NCBI GenBank assembly: GCA_964350975.1 | Contig: CAYGMW010000001.1 | Span: 1 to 61,737 of the forward strand | Reading direction: 5' to 3' | Length of the DNA: 61,737 bases | Origin: an uncultured Acidimicrobiales bacterium | Lineage (GTDB): Bacteria; Actinomycetota; Acidimicrobiia; Acidimicrobiales; Poriferisodalaceae | Shown: positions 55,167 to 61,737 of the stretch, piece by piece | How positions within the stretch are numbered: position 1 is the first letter of the stretch | Layout of the letters: each line of letters opens with the position of its first letter | Made by a program: the position numbers and the translations under genes | The notes under the pieces: generated by a model | What the model was told of the DNA's origin: nothing | Database searches by the model: none | What the model saw: only the letters and a program-made list of their open reading frames with translations

Positions 55167-55835
55167 TCACGCAGGAGCGAGCTCGGTGAGTGGGCCGCCA
55201 ATGGAGTTGACCGTGAGCACGGTTGGCCCGTCTTGGCTGTACAACACCGCTGAGATCGAACACGGCGAGACGACGATTCGTTGGAAGAGATCGAGATGGG
55301 TTCCCATCGCCGAAGCGACGAGAGCTCGGATTGGATCTGCGTGGGACACACAGACGATGGTGTCACCAGGATGGGCCTGCACCAAGGCGTTGACCGTGTC
55401 GTTGATACGGGTCTGCATTGCCGAAAACGACTCACCACCAGGGAAGGTGAACCCGCTCGGGAACTTCTGCACTGTCTTCCATTCCGGCAGCTTGTAGAGA
55501 TCTCTGAGCTTGCGGCCGGTCCAGTCGCCGACGTTCAGTTCGAGCAGTCCGTCGTGGGCTACGACCTCAAGATCGAGCGCGGCCGCGATCGGCGCCGCCG
55601 TTTCTTGGGTGCGTTCGAGCGGTGATGCATACACAGCAGCGACCTTGCGCCCGAGCGCCGAGATTCGTTCGGCGGCGGTGTCGGCCTGTTGTTGGCCGAC
55701 TTCGCCTAGGTGGAGACCAGGACTCCGACCGGGAAGCTCGTCGCCGGTTGTTGGTGTCTTTCCGTGGCGGACAAAGATCACCAACGTCGGCTTTGGGGCG
55801 GATTCCGGGCTCGGCGAGGCTGCTTCTTCAGACAT
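55167..55835 (-). CDS. Histidine-phosphatase (phosphoglycerate-mutase-like) protein, MSMEG_4193-type
   Basis: 222 aa. LVIFVRHGKT is the RHG motif. It also has SPLERTQETA and VSHADPIR. Confidence 0.85.
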   Translation of the reverse strand: MSEEAASPSPESAPKPTLVIFVRHGKTPTTGDELPGRSPGLHLGEVGQQQADTAAERISALGRKVAAVYASPLERTQETAAPIAAALDLEVVAHDGLLELNVGDWTGRKLRDLYKLPEWKTVQKFPSGFTFPGGESFSAMQTRINDTVNALVQAHPGDTIVCVSHADPIRALVASAMGTHLDLFQRIVVSPCSISAVLYSQDGPTVLTVNSIGGPLTELAPA

Positions 55836-55878
55836 CAGCTGGCAAACCTAGCGTCACCCTGGCGCTACCGTGCGAGCT

Positions 55879-56541
55879 ATGAGCACCCTCGATGTATTGG
55901 CCGAGGAGATTTCGTCGTGTCGTCAGTGTCCGCGTCTGGTGTCGTGGCGAGAACAGGTCGCAGCCGACAAACGAGCGTCGTTTCGAGATGAGACGTACTG
56001 GGGCCGACCCGTCCCCGGATTTGGCGATCCCCAGGCGTCAGTGTTGGTGGTTGGCCTGGCACCAGCAGCTCATGGTGCGAATCGAACCGGTCGCGTCTTT
56101 ACGGGTGACCGGTCGGGCGACTTCTTGTTTGCGTCGATGTTTCGGACGGGTTTTGCGAGCCAGCCTGAAGCCACCCACCTTGGGGACGGACTCACGCTGA
56201 CCGGAGCTTGGGTCACTGCTGCGGTTCGTTGTGCCCCGCCCGCCAATAAGCCCACGACGGATGAGCGCGACATGTGTCGTCCCTTCATCGAACGAGAACT
56301 TGCCCTGCTCACGAACGTGTCGGTGATCGTCGCTCTTGGTCAATTTGGGTACGGGGTGGCGGCCAGCCTCGTTGGCGTGAGCCCTCGACCGAAGTTCGGC
56401 CATGGTGTCGAGGCCACATGGGGGGACGGCCGTACCATGATCTGTTCGTTCCATCCAAGCCAGCAGAACACCTTCACGGGCCGGCTGACCACCGACATGC
56501 TCGACGCCGTTTTCGGGCGGGCTGCGGAGTTGAGCCAGTAG
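55879..56541 (+). CDS. Uracil-DNA glycosylase, family 5 (UdgB-like)
   Basis: It has SCRQCPRL (Fe-S Cys), the GLAPAAHGANRTGRVFTGD family-5 motif and HPSQQN. Start is ATG 55879 or GTG 55870. Confidence 0.85.
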   Translation: MSTLDVLAEEISSCRQCPRLVSWREQVAADKRASFRDETYWGRPVPGFGDPQASVLVVGLAPAAHGANRTGRVFTGDRSGDFLFASMFRTGFASQPEATHLGDGLTLTGAWVTAAVRCAPPANKPTTDERDMCRPFIERELALLTNVSVIVALGQFGYGVAASLVGVSPRPKFGHGVEATWGDGRTMICSFHPSQQNTFTGRLTTDMLDAVFGRAAELSQ

Positions 56542-56553
56542 GCCAGCAGCTCG

Positions 56554-57033
56554 GTGCATACTGAGCCAATGACTCGCCGACCAGAACCGCTGCTTGTTGG
56601 ATGGCGTGAATGGGTTGCGTTGCCGGTCCTTACCGAACGGGCCATTGTCAAAGCCAAGATCGATACGGGTGCGTTGACTTCAGCGCTGCACGCGCCACGG
56701 TTGTCCATCACGACGACCGCCGAGGGTTCGGTCGCTCGGTTCTTGCTGCATCCGGCCCAACGAACCTCCGCGTCCTCGGTGTGGGTTGAGCTGCCCGTTC
56801 ATGAGTTCCGCACGGTGCGATCTTCTAACGGCCATCAACAACGCCGACCGGTAGTGGTGTGCGACATCGTGTTAGGTTCGAACCGCTTCCCCGTCGAATT
56901 CACCCTCGCTGACCGCAGCTCGATGGGTTTTCGAATGCTCTTGGGACGCTCAGCGCTCCGTCGGCGCTTCTACGTCGATCCCGGCCATTCGTACCTGCTC
57001 GGTCAGCCTGCCGATCCGAAAGACGCTCGATGA
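56554..57033 (+). CDS. Retropepsin-like aspartic protease (DUF785, annotated 'ATP-dependent zinc protease', RimB-like)
   Basis: 159 aa. VGWREWVALP...KAKIDTGALTSALHA carries the D-T-G-A aspartic-protease signature. It has an ATGA overlap with rimK. Confidence 0.8.
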   Translation: MHTEPMTRRPEPLLVGWREWVALPVLTERAIVKAKIDTGALTSALHAPRLSITTTAEGSVARFLLHPAQRTSASSVWVELPVHEFRTVRSSNGHQQRRPVVVCDIVLGSNRFPVEFTLADRSSMGFRMLLGRSALRRRFYVDPGHSYLLGQPADPKDAR

Positions 57034-58250
57034 AGCTCGGAATCTTGTCTCGTGCCCCGAAGGCCTACAGCACCCAACGTCTCGTGCAGGCCGCAACCGA
57101 CCGGGGCCACGACGTTCGCGTGCTGAACACCCTGCGTTTTGCGATCGATCTGTCCGGCGACGAACCGGACCTCCAGTACCGTGGCCGCCCGCTTGCCGAC
57201 CTCGACGCGGTGTTGCCGCGCATCGGCGCATCGATCACCTTCTTCGGCACTGCTGTGGTGCGCCAGTTCGAGCAGATGGACGTGTACACGCCAACTCCTT
57301 CGAACGGCATCTCCAACAGCCGCGACAAGCTCCGCTCAATGCAGTTGTTGTCTCGCCACGGCGTTGGTATTCCGGCTACCACGTTCGTACGCGATCGGGC
57401 CGACGTGCTGCCGGCGATCGAGCGGGTCGGCGGCGCTCCTGTGGTCATCAAATTGCTCGAAGGCACCCAAGGTATTGGGGTCATCCTGGCTCCGGACACC
57501 AAGGTGGCCGAGGCCGTGATTGAGACCCTCCAGAGCACGAAACAAAACGTCTTGATCCAAGCGTTCGTCGCCGAGAGCAAGGGACGCGACATTCGGGCCT
57601 TGGTCGTCGGCGACCAGGTGGTGGCGGCGATGCGGCGGGTCGCACAAGGCGACGAGTTCCGCTCCAACGTCCATCGCGGTGGCATTGCCGAGGTAGTGAA
57701 GCTGAGCGACGAATATGTCGACGTTGCCCTGCGCGCTGCCCAAGTGATGGGGTTACGTGTTGCGGGCGTCGACATGCTCGAGGGAAATGACGGCCCCCAA
57801 GTGATGGAGGTCAACTCTTCCCCAGGACTTGAAGGCATCGAAACCGCCACCGGTCTCGATGTGGCTGGAGCCATTGTCGATCACGTCGCGACCCAGGTGC
57901 GATTCCCTGAGCTCGACGTTCGCCAGAGGCTGTCCGTGAGCGCCGGATACGGAGTGGCCGAGTTGGTGCTGCACGAACAGGCCGACCTGATTGGCGCCAG
58001 CATCAAGGAGTCCGGCTTGCGCGAACGAGACATCAGCGTCTTGACCCTGACTCGCAACGGCAAGGTCATCCCGAACCCACGCATCGACCGAGTGCTCGAA
58101 GAGGCAGACAAGCTCTTGGTGTTCGGCAAGCTCGAATCCATGCGCGATCTTGTCCCCGAGCGCCGACGCCGTCGAGCTCGGACCAAGGTTCGGCCCTTGC
58201 CTGAGACCTTGGTGACCGACCTGCCGGACCCGGCTGGCGAGTCGGGATAG
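57030..58250 (+). CDS. rimK: RimK-family ATP-grasp alpha-L-glutamate ligase fused to a C-terminal TrkA_C/RCK_C-like domain
   Basis: 406 aa. MKLGILSRAPKAYSTQRL... and ...VVIKLLEGTQGIGV...EVNSSPGLEGIE are the ATP-grasp core. The last ~110 aa (GVAELVLHEQADLIGASIKESGLRERDISVLTLTRNGKVIPNP...LLVFG) resemble RCK_C. Confidence 0.85.
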   Translation: MKLGILSRAPKAYSTQRLVQAATDRGHDVRVLNTLRFAIDLSGDEPDLQYRGRPLADLDAVLPRIGASITFFGTAVVRQFEQMDVYTPTPSNGISNSRDKLRSMQLLSRHGVGIPATTFVRDRADVLPAIERVGGAPVVIKLLEGTQGIGVILAPDTKVAEAVIETLQSTKQNVLIQAFVAESKGRDIRALVVGDQVVAAMRRVAQGDEFRSNVHRGGIAEVVKLSDEYVDVALRAAQVMGLRVAGVDMLEGNDGPQVMEVNSSPGLEGIETATGLDVAGAIVDHVATQVRFPELDVRQRLSVSAGYGVAELVLHEQADLIGASIKESGLRERDISVLTLTRNGKVIPNPRIDRVLEEADKLLVFGKLESMRDLVPERRRRRARTKVRPLPETLVTDLPDPAGESG

Positions 58251-58258
58251 GAAGCTCC

Positions 58259-59218
58259 ATGTCACGATCAAGCCAGCGGGCTCGGTTTCGTATTCGCGAC
58301 ACGGTCGTGCTTCCAGGACGGCGAGCCCAGCTCGAACTTCCGATCGGTCGCCTGATTTCGGGCACCGAGATTGCGCTGCCAGTGATTGTTGTCCATGGCG
58401 CAACAGACGGCCCCACGATTGCCTTCAGCGCAGCGTTGCATGGAGATGAGCTGTGCGGCGTTGAGATTATTCGCCGAGTGTTGGCCGCGGTCGATCCAAA
58501 AACCCTGTCGGGCACCATCATCGCGACACCGGTCGTGAACGTTCACGGATTCAACACCGGCGATCGGTACTTGCCGGACCGGCGCGACCTCAACCGCTCG
58601 TTCCCTGGTTCGGACAAGGGGTCGATGGCGGCTCGGATTGCCAACCTGATGATGACCGAGGTGATCGAGCGGGCGTCGGTCGCAATCGATTTCCACACTG
58701 GGTCTGATCACCGCACGAATCTGCCCCAGATCCGATGCGACCTACAAGATGCCGCCACCCGGACGTTGGCGGAGGTGTTTGGCGCCCCACTCATGATGCA
58801 TAGCGCCACCCGAGACGGATCGATGCGCGCTGCGGCTGCTGCGGTCGACACCACGATGTTGTTGTTTGAGGGCGGCGAAGCCTTGCGCTTCGACGAGCAC
58901 GCGATTCGGGTGGCGACTGCCGGCACGAGGCGGGTGCTGCATCATCTCGGTATGGTGGCGGACGCCCCGGCGCAGACCCAGCCAAGCGCAGTAGCGATGT
59001 CGTCTCGTTGGAGTCGGACCAGTCGCAGCGGCCTGCTCCATCTCGAAGTCGAACTTGGTGATCGAGTCGAAGCCCGTCAGCTGGTCGGGTCGGTCTATGA
59101 CCCGTTCGGAAAACGACTGGCCCGAATCTCCAGCCGGTCTGCAGGCGTCGTGATCGGGGCGACCCTGCAGCCCATTGTCAATCGCGGCGATGCGGTCATC
59201 CACGTCGCCGAGGTCTGA
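58259..59218 (+). CDS. Succinylglutamate desuccinylase/aspartoacylase (AstE/AspA) family zinc deacylase
   Basis: 319 aa. It has SAALHGDELCGVEI (HxxE Zn site), DLNRSFPGS and DFHTG. Confidence 0.85.
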   Translation: MSRSSQRARFRIRDTVVLPGRRAQLELPIGRLISGTEIALPVIVVHGATDGPTIAFSAALHGDELCGVEIIRRVLAAVDPKTLSGTIIATPVVNVHGFNTGDRYLPDRRDLNRSFPGSDKGSMAARIANLMMTEVIERASVAIDFHTGSDHRTNLPQIRCDLQDAATRTLAEVFGAPLMMHSATRDGSMRAAAAAVDTTMLLFEGGEALRFDEHAIRVATAGTRRVLHHLGMVADAPAQTQPSAVAMSSRWSRTSRSGLLHLEVELGDRVEARQLVGSVYDPFGKRLARISSRSAGVVIGATLQPIVNRGDAVIHVAEV

Positions 59219-59229
59219 AGTAGCCGGGT

Positions 59230-60732
59230 CTAGCCAAAAGAATCTGCGAGCCAGCTTCGTAAGGCCTGCTTTTGGACCTTGCCCATCGCGTTGCGAGGCA
59301 GGACGTCGACGAACTCGATGCGGCGCGGGTGTTTGAACCGGGCCAGGTGTTCGCTGAGAACTTCCATGAGCTGAGCTGCGGTGACGTCTCCTACCACCAC
59401 GGCAACGATGCCCTCGCCGAAGTCAGGGTGGGGAACGCCGATGACCGCAGACTCCACCACCCCGTCGACTGCGTCAAGTAGCAGCTCGATCTCTTTGGGG
59501 TAGACGTTGTAGCCACCCGAGATGATCATGTCTCCAGCGCGGCCTTCCAGGGTGAGCCGACCCTCGTGGTCGAGGCTGCCCACATCGCCAGTCACGAACC
59601 AGCCGCCGTCGCGCATTTCTGATGCGGTGGCATCGGGTCGGTTCCAGTAGCCAACCATGAGTCCCGGCCCTCGCATCTCGACCATTCCGGTCTCGTTTGG
59701 GGCACCATCGCGTTCATCGTTGATGCGCACCCTGACCTCGGTCGCGGGGAGTGCCATCCCTACAGTGCCAGCGATTCGGTCGCCTCGGTACGGATTTGAG
59801 GTGATGATCCCGCACTCGGTCATCCCGTAGCGTTCGACGATCTGGTGTCCCGTGCGCTGCTCGAACTCCGAGTGAACGGCTTCGGTCATGGGTGCTGACC
59901 CAGAAGTGAACAGCCGCATCGATCTGCAGGCGGTCCGATCGAAGCGCGGGTGACTGAGTAGACGGGTGTAGTGCGTCGGGACCCCCATCATGGTCGTGCA
60001 GCCAGGGAGCAGGTCGACGACCTGGTCTGCGTCGAAGCGTTCAGGGAAGTAGACCGAGCACCCGGACAACAACGCACAGTGCAGGGCAACGAACAGGCCG
60101 TGGACATGGAAAATCGGCAAGATGTGCAACAGCACATCATCGCGGTCAAACTCCCACAGCCCAGCGAGCCCTCGGGCGTTGGCGATGAGGGCGTCATGGG
60201 ACAACATGGCGCCTTTCGACCTGCCCGTTGTGCCCGAGGTATAGAGCATCATCGCCACATCTGACCCACGACGGGAGGTGATGCCTGTCGCCGGTTCGGC
60301 TTCGTCAGCATCAGCGGCGAGCGCGCTGAGCGTCACCGAAGTTGCGCCGTCGACGCTGGTTGGTTCGTCCGTCACGACAAGTGTTGGTGCCGCGTCGCCG
60401 ACGAAATAGGCCAACTCGGCGTGGGTGTAGGCCGTGTTGAGCGGCACCTCGATGGCGCCCAGTTGCAGGCAGGCCAGATACAACGCGGCGGCGTCGACGC
60501 TCTTCGTTACCTGGGCAATCAACCGATCGCCCGGCTCGACACCTCGCTGCGCCAAGACGGTGACAAGCGACGCGGCGCGAGTAAACACCTGGCTATAGCT
60601 CATGGTGCTGGTTGCTGCTGTGGCGGACCCAGGCACAACGAAGAGGGACCGGTCGTTGTGGCCCATTGGGTCGGCATCGCGGTGCAGACCCGAGTGAGCC
60701 AGCACCTGAAACAGGTTCGGTGCGAAGTTCAT
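59230..60732 (-). CDS. matB: AMP-binding acyl-CoA ligase, malonyl-CoA synthetase (MatB)-like
   Basis: 500 aa. It has LYTSGTTGRSKGAM (AMP motif). N-terminal NLF...VTKSVDAAALYLACLQLGAIEVPLNTAYTHAELAYFVGDAAPTLVV closely resembles my memory of rhizobial MatB. Confidence 0.78.
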   Translation of the reverse strand: MNFAPNLFQVLAHSGLHRDADPMGHNDRSLFVVPGSATAATSTMSYSQVFTRAASLVTVLAQRGVEPGDRLIAQVTKSVDAAALYLACLQLGAIEVPLNTAYTHAELAYFVGDAAPTLVVTDEPTSVDGATSVTLSALAADADEAEPATGITSRRGSDVAMMLYTSGTTGRSKGAMLSHDALIANARGLAGLWEFDRDDVLLHILPIFHVHGLFVALHCALLSGCSVYFPERFDADQVVDLLPGCTTMMGVPTHYTRLLSHPRFDRTACRSMRLFTSGSAPMTEAVHSEFEQRTGHQIVERYGMTECGIITSNPYRGDRIAGTVGMALPATEVRVRINDERDGAPNETGMVEMRGPGLMVGYWNRPDATASEMRDGGWFVTGDVGSLDHEGRLTLEGRAGDMIISGGYNVYPKEIELLLDAVDGVVESAVIGVPHPDFGEGIVAVVVGDVTAAQLMEVLSEHLARFKHPRRIEFVDVLPRNAMGKVQKQALRSWLADSFG

Positions 60733-61737
60733 CGATGGGTTCCGTCGAATCCTGAAACGATGCGCTGCATGACGTCGATCAGCACCTCGGGACGGTCCTC
60801 AGGTCGCGATCCGAGACGGATCGTGACAAGGTCGAGCGTCGGGTTCATCCAGATGTATTGACCGTCATAGCCATGGCATCCAAAGGTGCCGTAGCGATCC
60901 TCGTGGCACCAGAAGTGGGCCCCGTGGGTAAATCGATCGACGCCTCGCGAGGCCTCCGTTGGGGTCCGACAGGTGTCGATCCAGGCTTCGGCAACGACCT
61001 GTTCGCCGTTCCACTGTCCACCTCTCAGGCAGAACAGACCAAAGCGGGCAAAGTCGAGAGCTGTGGCGTAGACAAACGACGAGCCAATGAAGGTGCCGGC
61101 GTTGTCGAACTTTGGTATTGCCGATGTCATTGCAAGTGGTTCGAACAAGCTCCGGCCTATGGCGTCGGCGGGGCTTGTTCCGGTGGTTGCGCCCAGCTGT
61201 TCGCCGACGAACCGGCTGACAATATTGGTCGTGCCGCTGCTGTACAGGTAGCTGGTGCCCGGTTCGTGGGCCAGCGGCTTCGATGCAGCGAACCCCGCCG
61301 TGTCGCTCTTGGCGTCACCGAAGAGCATCTCGACCACATCGCTTGGTTCGTCGGGGGAGTACACCTCAGTCCACTCCAGACCCGAGGTCATCGTCAGCAG
61401 GTCGCGAGCGGTGATCGCTGCCCGAGGGTCACCAGGAGAACTCCATTCAGGTACGGGTGCCGGCGCCATGAGTTCGAGGTCGGTCATGGCGAACAGCACC
61501 GCGGTCATCGACTTTGCCATCGACCATGAGATCAGGGTTGATGCGGCGTCGATGTCATCGCCATAGCGCTCGATCACGACGCGCCCGCCTTGGACTACAA
61601 CAAAGGCGTCGGTTCGGCCAAGGTCGGGGTTGGCCCCGTCAAACAAGCTGTCGACGAGACCGTCGATCAGCGGCCCATCCGCCAGCTGTGGCTCGCCGCG
61701 ACTCCACTCTTGGGTGGGCCACGAAACGTCGGAGGGT
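60729..61737 (-). CDS. Serine hydrolase, beta-lactamase/transpeptidase-like (5' end beyond the right edge)
   Basis: It has SWSMAKS (SxxK). The track starts at TTG 61646, but the frame stays open to the window end (…WPTQEWSRGEPQLADGPLIDGLVDSLFDG…). It overlaps the matB-like start by 4 bp. Confidence 0.8.
   Translation of the reverse strand, partial: PSDVSWPTQEWSRGEPQLADGPLIDGLVDSLFDGANPDLGRTDAFVVVQGGRVVIERYGDDIDAASTLISWSMAKSMTAVLFAMTDLELMAPAPVPEWSSPGDPRAAITARDLLTMTSGLEWTEVYSPDEPSDVVEMLFGDAKSDTAGFAASKPLAHEPGTSYLYSSGTTNIVSRFVGEQLGATTGTSPADAIGRSLFEPLAMTSAIPKFDNAGTFIGSSFVYATALDFARFGLFCLRGGQWNGEQVVAEAWIDTCRTPTEASRGVDRFTHGAHFWCHEDRYGTFGCHGYDGQYIWMNPTLDLVTIRLGSRPEDRPEVLIDVMQRIVSGFDGTHR

Noticed and set aside
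1-61737. Search for tRNA/rRNA/tRNA-Sec, transposases, integrases, prophage or defence-island signatures
   Set aside because: The intergenic regions are short, the longest being about 235 bp at whiB. None shows a cloverleaf-like structure. No ORF resembles mobile-element or defence genes, and the window reads as core chromosome.

Overview
High-GC, gene-dense chromosomal segment with about 64 protein genes on both strands and many 4-bp start/stop overlaps. Actinobacterial hallmarks are a WhiB-family regulator, a class E sortase, a PdtaS-type kinase, paired ArsA/Get3-like ATPases and an Rv2133c-35c-like triad. I recognise no rRNA, tRNA, CRISPR array, transposase or integrase by eye.

Gene order, left to right:
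- MFS transporter (partial) and three small SRPBCC/NTF2-fold proteins
- DHH phosphoesterase, VOC protein, GNAT, and a nucleotidyltransferase-APH fusion
- hrpB, rnz, HAD hydrolase, SDR, selD, 2OG-Fe(II) oxygenase
- glycogen cluster glgB / glgC / glgA-glgX-glgP
- desaturase, PhyH dioxygenase, SDR
- secreted repeat protein, flavin reductase, amidohydrolase with COG0523 GTPase
- ogt / ada-alkA, TetR, membrane proteins, sortase
- complete System I cytochrome c maturation operon ccmABCDEFGHI
- SixA-like phosphatase, ArsR/SufR-like regulator / mrp, amidase
- DUF3107 and two ArsA-like ATPases, pdtaS, MBL hydrolase, whiB
- GDPD, lipid kinase, etfBA
- SCO1664 / DUF3090 / phosphomutase triad, family-5 UDG
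- RimB-like protease, RimK(TrkA_C), AstE/AspA module
- MatB-like ligase and a serine hydrolase (partial)

Most notable observations:
1. selD carries an in-frame UGA at the catalytic Cys/Sec position, with a hairpin just downstream. The ORF track truncates the gene there.
2. A translationally coupled nine-gene System I ccm operon, including a 58-aa ccmD missing from the track, sits next to a sortase in an actinobacterial context where System II is expected.
3. A glutamate-ligase / aspartic-protease / zinc-deacylase module suggests reversible peptide tailing.
4. Perfect palindromes sit between two divergent gene pairs (ogt/ada-alkA, and regulator/mrp).
5. Two perfect in-frame tandem repeats lie inside enzymes.

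All family calls come from reading motifs by eye. None has been checked against a database.
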